A DNA stretch of 50,966 nt, filler included, from Stramenopiles sp. TOSAG23-3 (Eukaryota), in NCBI GenBank assembly GCA_900128585.1. It is 4 parts of 4 records of this genome, joined end to end, with 100 filler letters (N's around TTAATTAATTAA, not from the genome) between each part and the next. Parts side by side here need not be neighbours in the genome. Positions count along the whole stretch, not along the records: positions 1 to 23,490 come from LT642316.1; 3 more parts are not named here. The stretch is one strand, 5' to 3'. The notes beneath the pieces are model-generated. The model saw only the letters and a program-made list of their open reading frames with translations, was not told the origin of the DNA and made no database searches. The position numbers were made by a program, and so were the translations under genes. This document shows, piece after piece, positions 1-9,995 of this stretch (the stretch's first letter is position 1; every line of letters begins with the position of its first letter).

Positions 1-598
1 CATCATCATCGTCCGCAATGTTCGATAACCGGTCGTTTACAAGGGTGGTGTTTTGTGCGTCCTCCTCCTCTTCGCCGTCGTCATCGTCCTTGTCGCCCGC
101 TGCTTCCAAGAGGGACATTCCATACATATGCCTGTCTCCAGCTTGTTCAACATCCTTGATCTCATCTGGGGTTGGTGGATGGTCGTTAGGTGGAACAACT
201 ACAGCTCTGGAAGAAGACCGGTTGGAATACCACAATTTGTGTCTGTTGTTTCCACCGCACGAAGTTGGTCTGTTACCCCCACCGTTGAACCATTTCTCGA
301 AGGCTGTCCAATTGATAGGTTTGGGTTCAGAACCGATTTGGTACATGGTAACACCCTCCTCCAGTAACGGCTCCGGTGACGGCTCCGCTTGCGGAGATCC
401 ATTGTTATTCTTACTCGACAACATGGATTTCAAGCCCACCCTAAATTGCGCTCTGCTTTTGCCACTAGTTGTTCGTCTAAATGGTGAAGAGGAAGATCCC
501 TCGGCCCTCCTTTTCATCGCGTCCTCGGTATTCAGTCTTTCTCCAGCCACCAAATACAGCGACAGTGCCACGCATAAATAAACAGCGAAAACCTTCAT
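1..598 (-). CDS. Secreted protein of unknown function, 3'-partial (runs off the window)
   Basis: Missing from the ORF track because no stop lies in the window. Manual translation from ATG at 598 gives MKVFAVYLCVALSLYLVAG (signal-peptide-like), then ERLNTEDAMKRRAEG...DKDDDDGEEEEDAQ, open to base 1. Confidence 0.75.
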   Translation of the reverse strand, partial: MKVFAVYLCVALSLYLVAGERLNTEDAMKRRAEGSSSSPFRRTTSGKSRAQFRVGLKSMLSSKNNNGSPQAEPSPEPLLEEGVTMYQIGSEPKPINWTAFEKWFNGGGNRPTSCGGNNRHKLWYSNRSSSRAVVVPPNDHPPTPDEIKDVEQAGDRHMYGMSLLEAAGDKDDDDGEEEEDAQNTTLVNDRLSNIADDDD

Positions 599-1414
599 CG
601 TGACACAGCAATTGCTTGGTGCTGATTACGGGCCTTTCGTGCTTCTTACAGATCCTTTAGTGCAGGTTTAGGGGTTTGGACACCACTGGAAACAATTTCT
701 GTGCGTTGGTGGACTCACGACAAACAAACAACAAAACGGGACTTCCTATTACAGTTGTTATAATTGAAAGCTTTAATATGCTTGTGCTTACTAAACCCTT
801 CTTCAGTTTCTCCTTGCTATTCTCTCTGTACTATTTTACACAGTATTATTATATATTCTACTGCTGTAACATAAGAATACAATGGAATAATTAAATTAGA
901 CGACTATTTCTTTCAATTGCCCCCCCACTTCTTCCAGTACAAAATCCACATTTTTATGTCATTCACCTTCCTCGTTTAGAAATTCTATTCTATTGTACAT
1001 AGTGGGTGTAGTGTAATAAATATCTCAGTTTCTTTTTCCCCTTGCTATGATATTATACTGATGATACATAGACACTAATAATAGATCTAATATAAATTAG
1101 ACCAAAATACGCCAAAACTGAATCCAACAATATATTATACTAAATTCTTGTAGTTTTCTGACCTCTTTGTTCCTAATTAATTAACCATCCATAAAAGAGA
1201 GTCAGTCCGCCGCACCACCACCCCCTCTTCGCAGCTTTTTTAAATTTAAAATCTGAAATCATCCCTTGTCTCTCTCTCCCTCTCGATCACGATGGTTGGA
1301 TCCCGGTTCCCATTTCCAAGTTTTTGTAGTAGATTCGCTTTTTAGTTTGTTTTCTTACGATATTGCAACAAACGTTGGTTAACGAAATACCTATTTCAAA
1401 AGCTAGGATACAAA

Positions 1415-3128
1415 ATGGAACGTGGCCTTCTGGAGCTGGCCCTTCTTGCACTCGTCGTTGTGAATGCTTGCTCCTTCGTGAGAGCCCACGGCGCGGGGCC
1501 CCCAAATGTTGTTTTCATTGTCGTCGACGACCTTGGGTGGGATGATGTTGGATTCAGAAACAATGGTGAGATACATACCCCTAATATTGACAAGCTAGCA
1601 ATGGAAGGGGTTGTGCTCGACCAGTACTACGTCCAAGATGTTTGCAGCCCTTCTCGTGCGACCTTCATGACTGGCCGTTACCCAATACACAATTCAATAG
1701 TTGATTGGATTCCGCCGGCCAGCTCCTACGGGTTGCCTCTGAACGAAACCACAATGGCGCAGAAGTTTAAAGAGGCCGGTTACATGTCCCACGCTACTGG
1801 AAAGTGGCACCTAGGATTTTATAAGTGGGAGCATACGCCGACGTTTCGAGGGTTCGACTCGTTCAAAGGTTTTTATTCAGGGGGGGAAGATTATTTCTCG
1901 CACGTGGCCAACGGTGCGTACGATTTCCGAACGGACAGCCGTCCCGATTGTGGAAAAGGTTGCAGTGCCCTCAATACAGGAGACCAGGGTCGGTATTCGA
2001 CTACTGTGTTTTCAGAAGAGGCTGTTCGCATTGTAAACTCCCACAAAAAAACGAGGCCACTCTTTTTGTACCTGGCCTATCAAGGCGTTCACTCCCCAGT
2101 AAGTAAAATTAGGAATAAACGTTACCATGACTTTTCTCGTCCTGACAAAAAATTCTTCTCCCGTGCATCTGCAGCCTCAAGTCCCAGAAGAATACACTAA
2201 GCCTTACAGAACAAGCATCCAAGATCCGAAAAGAAGAACCTTTGCGGGGATGCTGTCCGCAGTAGACGAGGGCATTGGCAACGTGACAAAGGCTTTAAAA
2301 TCTCGCGGGATGTACGAGAACACTCTTGTCATATTCAGTAAGTACATCTAGAAATTTGCACCGTGCGTGTCAATTTAACTAACAATAATCCAACTTTTTC
2401 TTTTAACTGCAGCAACCGACAATGGTGGACCAACGACCACTATCGACGGTGTCGGGGCCAGAAATTGGCCACTGAAAGGGGGGAAACATTCTATTTGGGA
2501 AGGCGGCACAAGAGGGACCGGCGTAATTAGTGGTGCAGGGATTCCAAAGTCCAGGAGAGCGCCCGTCTATTCCGGTCTCATGCACGGTGCAGACTGGCTG
2601 CCAACGTTAGCGGATGTTGCAGGGTTTAACCTTAAAGGAACCCTTCCCCTCGATGGAGTCTCTCAGTGGAACGCAATAACAATGAACGTTTCGTCCCTTC
2701 GTACGTCCTTTGTTTATGGCAATGCAACAGACAAATGCTCCTGGCCAAACTTGAGAGATTCGAATGGCACGGTCAATGATGCTGAACTAGGGTGTGGGTT
2801 TGGGATTCGTGTGGGCGAATGGAAGTTAATTCGTGGGTATGGTGGTGCACCGGATACTTACTGCAACTCCACTAGCTCGACACCGCAATGTTTGCCTATA
2901 AAAATCCGTCATCAGTGCCCAAACGGCCATTGCCTATACAACGTAGTCCATGATCCCTTGGAAAAGGATGAAATTGGCTCTGCACATGCTGATGTGCTTC
3001 AACGTTTGAAGGAACGGATGGATAATTTGTTGAAAGATTACCACCAGGCTGAGTTTGACAAGACTTGTCCGCCCCAGGCCTTTGGCGTGAATGAAAAAGT
3101 TGGCAAATTTTGGAAGCCCTGGTGCTGA
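1415..3128 (+). CDS. Secreted formylglycine-dependent (S1) sulfatase, arylsulfatase B-like; 3 exons: 1415-2098, 2175-2337, 2413-3128
   Basis: Signal peptide; motifs PNVVFIVVDDLGWDD, CSPSRATFMTGRY, GKWHLG. Removing GTAAGT...CAG introns at 2099-2174 and 2338-2412 restores VHSP-PQVPEEY and IFTTDNGG...NWPLKGGKHSIWEGG in one frame. Confidence 0.93.
2099..2174 (+). other. Spliceosomal intron 1 (76 nt, phase 0)
   Basis: GTAAGT donor, CTGAC branch-like site, pyrimidine tract, TGCAG acceptor; restores the reading frame. Confidence 0.88.
2338..2412 (+). other. Spliceosomal intron 2 (75 nt, phase 1)
   Basis: GTAAGT donor, ACTAAC branch site, T-tract, TGCAG acceptor; restores the sulfatase TTDNGG motif. 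Confidence 0.9.
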
Positions 3129-3241
3129 GAAAGAAAAAGAGAACTTGCCCTTCTCTGGTTTGTAATTTACATACTTTGTAATTCTTATTTAACACAAAAT
3201 CTACGAAATACTCTTGTAACGAATTTCAATTTTTTTAAATT

Positions 3242-4930
3242 TTAAACAAAGGCCTTGTCCCCATGTTTTATTTCATGGTTTGGAATTCCGTTAATTTTCA
3301 AAAAATCAGCGTTGCGATAACCGCTTTCGTCGTGACTGGGATCCGGTTGAAGCAAATTGCTGCATGTGCTCTGTGTGATCGGGGACGGAAATTTAGGGCA
3401 GCTGCGTGGGTCATTTCGCAACGGGGGGACGTCTCCCGTTTTCAGAAGCCACCCCATAAGGTGTTCTTTTAACTCTTGCCGAAGGGTGGCGTACCTGTCC
3501 TCATAAATCACATTTTGTAGCTCACGTGGGTCCTTAACGAGATCATATAGCTCGGATATACCATAACCCTCAGGTCTATACACAAGTTTGGCTGTCAAGT
3601 TTCGCACCATGACCCACTTTGGTGATCCTTTCCCGTCGTCGCTCATTTCTTCCTGGGCTCTTGGCCAATACAACCCCTGGGGATTGTTTGGAACGTGATC
3701 ACTTCCCCCTGGAAACAATTCGGAGTGGAAAAGAAATCCCCCTTCGCTGTATACGAATCTGGAATGGTCGCCGTCTTCCCCATGAAGCACGGTCGGCAAC
3801 AGACTTTCGGCAAACCTGACGAAATCATTTTTGACACTCGCCAATTGCAGCATAGTCTCCATTATGTCAGCAGTTTGCACGGGTGCTTCTGAAACGACGC
3901 CCCTTTTTCCCCCAGGCACACGGATAGCCATTGGGACACGAGTAAGGACGTCGTCTGCTCCCCCGGGCCATTTCTCCACAAGCCCGAAATCACCTGCAAA
4001 ATCCCCGTGATCCGAGCTGACAAACACTGCCGTGCGATCAAGAACATCCGAACTCTCTAGCCCGTCCAGGAGAACCCCGAAAGTATAATCGGTATAGTGT
4101 ATCATCTCCAAGTAAGACTTTTGGATTTTGTACATGGTGTCCTCTGAGAGTCCCGTCAAATTACGGTAATGCCGGATTCCTATTTTTTCAGAGTGGTACT
4201 TGGGCTTGTTGCTTAAATTCCACGGGCGAAGCTTTACGTGATTCTTTACCTCGTCTTCCGACCATAGATTCTGAAACCCCTGAGGTGTCCCATACGGAGG
4301 ATGAGCGCCTCGAGTCGGTAAAAAAATTGCAAACGGTTCTGGGGGGGAATTTTGCATGAACTCTACGGCCTTCTTTACTGCACGCAAGTCGCCGCTGTGG
4401 GCCGTATCGTTTCCTTCCGATGTGCCGCCGGTAAACAGCATGCTCCAATACCCAGACTCGTTGAACTTGAACGCGTTGCTTCCAGAATCGTACCCAATGT
4501 CTTGTTCCCATGCGGACACGCTCAAATTGAACGCTGTTGCCGACAGCGCGTCGTTTTTTCCGTACCACTGTACATGATAACCACTCTCTTTCAGCAATCG
4601 CCAGTAATTCTCTTCGTACGCTCGGATCAAATGAATTTGAGTCCGGTGACCAAGAACGTGCATATACCTCCCCGTCATCATCGTCGCACGACTCGGAGAG
4701 CATTGTGTATGCATCACATGGGCCTGTTCGAAGCGAGTCCCACTCTTTGCGAAGCGGTCAAAATTTGGAGTCACGTTCGGGACCGTGTTTCCATAGGAAT
4801 TGAATGACTCGGCCCTAAGTGTGTCCGGGAAGAAGAACAGCAAGTTAGGCCGAGAGTCTTTCTCCGCGCCTAACGCGGACGCTAGAGAAAAGGTGGCCAG
4901 CAGAACGAGAGCAAAGTCGAAGTGCGGCAT
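3242..4930 (-). CDS. Secreted S1 sulfatase (choline-sulfatase-like), intronless
   Basis: Signal peptide; motifs PNLLFFFPDTLRA, QCSPSRATMMTGRY, SSDHGDFAGDFGLVEK, ELYDLVKDPRELQN. Confidence 0.92.
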   Translation of the reverse strand: MPHFDFALVLLATFSLASALGAEKDSRPNLLFFFPDTLRAESFNSYGNTVPNVTPNFDRFAKSGTRFEQAHVMHTQCSPSRATMMTGRYMHVLGHRTQIHLIRAYEENYWRLLKESGYHVQWYGKNDALSATAFNLSVSAWEQDIGYDSGSNAFKFNESGYWSMLFTGGTSEGNDTAHSGDLRAVKKAVEFMQNSPPEPFAIFLPTRGAHPPYGTPQGFQNLWSEDEVKNHVKLRPWNLSNKPKYHSEKIGIRHYRNLTGLSEDTMYKIQKSYLEMIHYTDYTFGVLLDGLESSDVLDRTAVFVSSDHGDFAGDFGLVEKWPGGADDVLTRVPMAIRVPGGKRGVVSEAPVQTADIMETMLQLASVKNDFVRFAESLLPTVLHGEDGDHSRFVYSEGGFLFHSELFPGGSDHVPNNPQGLYWPRAQEEMSDDGKGSPKWVMVRNLTAKLVYRPEGYGISELYDLVKDPRELQNVIYEDRYATLRQELKEHLMGWLLKTGDVPPLRNDPRSCPKFPSPITQSTCSNLLQPDPSHDESGYRNADFLKINGIPNHEIKHGDKAFV

Positions 4931-5532
4931 GACGTAGAAAGCGATCGTGGTTTTTTGTGGTATTTTTTAGGAAATGCAAGGGAAGCAATGTTCTTTCCGA
5001 AAATAATTATTACCTACCTGAACATTCAGTCAGCACGTTGTTCATAAACGACTCGATTGTTTTGATAGATTCTAAATTATTAGTCGTTTTCATCTGAATG
5101 CTTCTTCCCCCTCGACGACGATGAGGAGGAGATATACTATTATTATTATTTATATACTACATACATTACGACTAAGTTATAAAAAAATCCGGTGTTGTGG
5201 GGGATAAAAAAATCCGGTTGTTGGGGATAAGGTTATAAGGTTTATAAATAAACGATGAGATGGTGTTTTGAATAATATAATACTGTGTGGCTGTTATAAT
5301 ATTTCATCGAGTCAGCAACCAAATTCCAAATTTAGAGATAATAATATTTTGGTAAGAGAGAGAAGAAGCAAAAAGTTTTGGGGAGCTGTGTGAATAATCA
5401 AATCCAACCCTAGTACGACCCACCATTAAGATTTCAAAATGTACAATTTTATCCTCATGTTTTACTTCGTATTGCTCCTACCTGGTATTCAACTACTGTA
5501 CTGGAGTGCGCGCAGCTGATATGACGGTCCAT

Positions 5533-8229
5533 TTATTTGTTTCCTTTCTTCTTTTTCTTCTTCAGCGCCCCGTGTCCACCAGTAACGTGCCCCTTTTCAA
5601 GGTCATGGTGCACCCCGCCTTTCCCTGTGTGCACTGCGCTTTGTCCAATTTTGACGTCAGACCCGCGCGCGCACCAGAGCTTAAAGAGTCCGCAGCAGCA
5701 TACCCAGTACGTTATCAGCCCTAGAATACATCCCAGGAGTGGCCCGCAGTTCCCGTACTCTTCGTGCACGTGCAATGACAGGTCGCTCATTCCGGTGGTA
5801 CGGAAGCACACGTCCACTCCATCGAAATATTTGAGAAAATCTTCGAAACTCATCCAAAATATTCCATCATCTTCATTTTTTCTATCTGGCCTAAGAAGTA
5901 GCCTTACCTTTATTTCCTTGTCCCACAACGGGGAATGATCGGACCAATCGCCTTTCCATTCAAACTTTCCCCATGGGTTTCGAAGGCAGAGAAGCCTGTG
6001 GCGGCCAATTTGTCGCACTTTTATGATACTGTACGCATGACCGGGAACTATTCCTCCATCTTTGTCCTCCGGTCGGCCCTCCTTTCGAGTATTGTCTACC
6101 CCGTGCGAACCAGCGGACAATATGCACTGGCTGTGGTCGTACTTCAAGAGCAATTTAAAAAATATAGAATCATTTTCCTTTTGCAGTTGGGAATGGGAAA
6201 AGAATGAACAGGAATCAGTGCCTTCTTTCTCCTCGTCGATTCTTAGTTCGAACGGTTCCCATTGCTTTGCTTTGTTGTCTCGGTGCCATTTGACCACGGG
6301 GTCGCCTGTCATAACATGCAGCCCCCACAGCGAATACCCCCCTTCTAAACTCCCATAGCTCCCGCACAGTTTGGCAAATGCTTTTTCCAGCAGCATTGTC
6401 CATAACTCGCCCCCTCTCGGGTTGGGTTTGGTAAACATGGGCGTTGGGTTTTCCTTGCTGGTGCAAGGAAATCGATCGTCTATCGTAACGTGCACGAAGT
6501 CGTTTACGGATGGGTTGAACAGTCTAATGGTGTACTTTCCTCGGTGGGAAAACACCTTTTCAGAAAACAGATTTTCGATCAAACCTGGAAATTCCGCCAT
6601 GCATGCGATGGCACTCAGCAACCAACAATCCCCAAGCATTCCTTGGCAAATGTCGCTGGGGGTGACACCATCTTGAAACAAGTGAGCGTGCCCCCCCTTT
6701 CGCTCGTTTGCTTCAATTTTACCGTCCCCGTTGACGTCCTCTAAAGGAGCCAGAATATCGTTGCCACGGACCCAAAATACAGCTTGACCTTTGGCCTCGT
6801 ATTCCCCCAAGCTGCTGGCATCGGCAGGAAACTCAGAATCTTTGTACAGTATGCAACTGCCAAATATTCGGTTTGCCCCCCAGCAGCAGCACCGGAAAAC
6901 GTACACCCACAAACAAGGAAACACGTAAATTCGCAGGCTGTGAATGATCAAGAGAAAAGGGGTCATAAGAATATTCAACAGGCATAACCCTACGGACAAG
7001 CGATCGGAACAGAACAGCCCTGACGTCCCCTGTTTCCCCCGTTGGACCAAGCCGTGGGGGCCGAAATTCAAGGCTTTGGGGTCGACCGGCTTGATCGGCT
7101 TTCTCTTTTTCCTCTGTTTCTTCTTCGGCTTTTTTTTGTCCCGCAATACCAACTGTTTGGATTCTGCGTTGTTACCACTGTTTACTGACGATTTTGAGAC
7201 CGCAAAGTACTGGGAGGTACTAGTGTTCTCAGACTGCACGTCGCCTTGGTCACTATTTGAAACTTCCCCCGACCGTCCTGCCTGGTGCTGCGACACAAAC
7301 TCGCCAAACAAGCTACAGACTCTCTTCAACTGTTCGACTTCACTTTGTAAAGAGTTGTACTGAATTTGTAAAACATGCACGTCTTTTTGTAATGTTGGCT
7401 GTGCCAGCAGGGCAGCTGTCTCGTCGCCGCCCCCGCTGCCGTTTGCGCTCCTTTGGACGAGCATGAGGGGTTTCGCGTCGTCCTCATCATCGCTTGCACT
7501 CTCTTGCACAAGCTGCGCAGTTGCTTCGTCTTCTGCATTGTCCCTAATATCTATAACTTTTTGTTCCATTTCGTCCCCGGAGGAGGAGGTGTCTTCATCC
7601 TCACTTGCCTCCGCAAGCTTTGAGCTTTCCGTTGGCATTTCGATAGTGTATTTTCTGGGCTGTTTTTCTTCTTTTTTCTCTATATCTGGGGCACCCGAAG
7701 CACTATCTGTAGAGTCGCTATCGTCCGAGCTTAGGTCCAGCTCGGGCTCGCTCTTTTCTACAACAGCAGGTTTCCGTTGTACGGGGAGAGTGTGAATTTC
7801 CTTTTCAACAACTTTCTCGACGTCCCCATCCTCAAACCTTACCTTGTACACGCCTTTGAATTCGTCAAACGACAATATTTCAGCCTTTTCAAAAAGATCC
7901 TCGTCGTCATCGCTTTCTGCATTGTCGATGTTGACATGAATTCCTGCTTCGTATTTCTGACTATATGGTCTGAAAAACGTTATTACCAAAGGCCTTTCGG
8001 ACTCGGCCTTGACGTAGTTCACAAAATCGTCGTAGTGCAAAGCATGAATGTCGTGCACCCCCACTTTCAATATTACATCCCCATGAGCAACTGTGTTTTT
8101 CCCGTAAACTTCAGAATTTTCCAAAACACTATCTACTTCTACCCCAACCTTTCCGTCCTCTCTGTCGGCAACGCACAAACCGAGGGACTGCTCCTTGAAC
8201 GTTACCCGGTACTGGTGCTTCTTCGGCAT
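5533..8229 (-). CDS. Atypical calpain (CysPc) with N-terminal PDZ domain, Tudor-like segment, coiled coil and Cys-rich hydrophobic segments
   Basis: Catalytic triad motifs QGMLGDCW, GHAYS, RNPWG, plus LLEKAFAKLCGSY; N-terminal SLGL...GDVILKVG...RPLVITF is PDZ-like. Confidence 0.92.
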   Translation of the reverse strand: MPKKHQYRVTFKEQSLGLCVADREDGKVGVEVDSVLENSEVYGKNTVAHGDVILKVGVHDIHALHYDDFVNYVKAESERPLVITFFRPYSQKYEAGIHVNIDNAESDDDEDLFEKAEILSFDEFKGVYKVRFEDGDVEKVVEKEIHTLPVQRKPAVVEKSEPELDLSSDDSDSTDSASGAPDIEKKEEKQPRKYTIEMPTESSKLAEASEDEDTSSSGDEMEQKVIDIRDNAEDEATAQLVQESASDDEDDAKPLMLVQRSANGSGGGDETAALLAQPTLQKDVHVLQIQYNSLQSEVEQLKRVCSLFGEFVSQHQAGRSGEVSNSDQGDVQSENTSTSQYFAVSKSSVNSGNNAESKQLVLRDKKKPKKKQRKKRKPIKPVDPKALNFGPHGLVQRGKQGTSGLFCSDRLSVGLCLLNILMTPFLLIIHSLRIYVFPCLWVYVFRCCCWGANRIFGSCILYKDSEFPADASSLGEYEAKGQAVFWVRGNDILAPLEDVNGDGKIEANERKGGHAHLFQDGVTPSDICQGMLGDCWLLSAIACMAEFPGLIENLFSEKVFSHRGKYTIRLFNPSVNDFVHVTIDDRFPCTSKENPTPMFTKPNPRGGELWTMLLEKAFAKLCGSYGSLEGGYSLWGLHVMTGDPVVKWHRDNKAKQWEPFELRIDEEKEGTDSCSFFSHSQLQKENDSIFFKLLLKYDHSQCILSAGSHGVDNTRKEGRPEDKDGGIVPGHAYSIIKVRQIGRHRLLCLRNPWGKFEWKGDWSDHSPLWDKEIKVRLLLRPDRKNEDDGIFWMSFEDFLKYFDGVDVCFRTTGMSDLSLHVHEEYGNCGPLLGCILGLITYWVCCCGLFKLWCARGSDVKIGQSAVHTGKGGVHHDLEKGHVTGGHGALKKKKKKGNK

Positions 8230-8352
8230 TCTGCTTCAGAACCTTAACGAAACGTCTACTGATTGTTGAATAAAATCGTCGAATGGGTTCAAACTGAAAC
8301 CCCTCTATTGATTTTGTTTGTCGATGCCTCTCTTTTTGGTAAATAAACGAAC

Positions 8353-8423
<71 letters not shown>
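8353..8423. repeat. (AAAG)n microsatellite
   Basis: About 17-18 perfect AAAG units upstream of the calpain. Confidence 0.95.
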
Positions 8424-9126
8424 ACCAAACGCCGCCGGTGCCCACATTTCTCTATTCAATGAAGCTCTGGAGAGAGGAGACAAAAAAATAACGGCTGAGG
8501 TTGAAGAATACAATTGTTTTATACTTATATAATTGGAATAATACCCTATTATATCTATATGGTATAATAATTTATTTCACTCCGTGGAATTGACAGACGA
8601 TAGATTAAACGTTTGGGCCAGACCCTGAGGATAAATAGTGTTAGGAGTAGGGTATGATAAGTTGACAGACGTGTGATTTATTATCTAATTGCCTCATTAA
8701 GTATTTTTAATATACCTTTAATGTTAAATATATTATGTATTATATATATATACCTTAAGCTATACTTTAATTTATCGAGACCGATTTTATTATGAAGTTT
8801 TCGTTTAATTTATTAGGTCATATTTAATACATAATTTGCTCTATTTCTTTTCTTGTTCTATTAAACAAAATGTGTTAGTTCAATATAAGTAAGTAATTGA
8901 ATTTTTTAAACTTTTTTAATCATTATATCCATCATTCCAAAACAAAAACTTCTTCTGGTAGATAAAATTGGAATGAATATGATTCTTTTCCCAAGAATTG
9001 GTTTCTAAAACGTTTGAATTGTTTTGTTTTTCTTTAAAGAAAAGTGCAAGTTCTCTCTGCACCGTGATTGTACAGTGTAGGTTTAAACAGATAATAAGAA
9101 ATACATAGTTTTCAAGAAGAACCACA

Positions 9127-9606
9127 ATGAATGTTCAGAAGGCATGCTTCGTGGCGCTTTTGGTAGTGCAACTATTGGTGCTGGCCACTGCGCTTAATCC
9201 TGATTTTAGCATGGCCATAAAAAGTGGCCCGATAACTTGTGATAGTGACAAAGATTGCGGTATCCATGGGTCGTGTATGTCCGTCTCGAAAGAGGAACAT
9301 GGAGCAAAACACTGCGTTTGTGAAGAACCGTACATTAGTACCGTGGATGGCCAGGTACACAAGCCCTGCTCTTATAAGGGTACGTCGGCGATGGATATCT
9401 TTTGGTTAAGTCTTTTCTTTGGGTGGACCGGAGTCGACTGGTTTATTCTAGGAAGAAACGGCACGAACTGTGCGTACGTATGGATCGGTGTAGCAAAACT
9501 CCTTTCCCTCGGGGGGTTCGGGGTTTGGTGGGCATCCGATTGCGTAAGAATATTGGAACGAAACTTTAATGACGGTAACGGGATGCCACTGTATTACGAG
9601 ACTTAA
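9127..9606 (+). CDS. TM2-domain membrane protein with signal peptide and EGF-like Cys domain
   Basis: LSLFFGWTGVDWFILG...GVAKLLSLGGFGVWW matches the TM2 pattern; CDSDKDCGIHGSC...CVCEEPY is EGF-like. Confidence 0.85.
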   Translation: MNVQKACFVALLVVQLLVLATALNPDFSMAIKSGPITCDSDKDCGIHGSCMSVSKEEHGAKHCVCEEPYISTVDGQVHKPCSYKGTSAMDIFWLSLFFGWTGVDWFILGRNGTNCAYVWIGVAKLLSLGGFGVWWASDCVRILERNFNDGNGMPLYYET

Positions 9607-9995
9607 AAAATGTGATGGAGATCAAGTGACTAAAAGTGTAAAATGATTCACACACTCTAAAAATCTTTGTGTTCTTCTACGTGTGCAGCTAATACGCTCA
9701 GGGCGCTTTAATTCCAAGATGAAGTAGAAGTATTGTGTTATCTGTTATCTTGTGACACATTTACACCAATTCGTTAAAACAAAATTTATTATCATTAAGG
9801 TAATTCTTTTAAAACAAAAAATTGGCTGTTATTGAAAATATTACAAAATATCTATATATAATTTGTTTTTCAACTAAGAACATTGTTTTTTTCAACTAAG
9901 AACTCATACTATATATAAAAGTTAGTATGTAATTTGTTTTTTTCAACTAAAAAGACCTCTTTCTCCTCCCCGCGCTCTCTTCTTTCACAAAGTTA

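Noticed and set aside
8590-8671. Direct repeat TTGACAGACG x2 (resembles a bacterial -35 box)
   Set aside because: Eukaryotic context; a single 10-bp pair is not enough to support a call.
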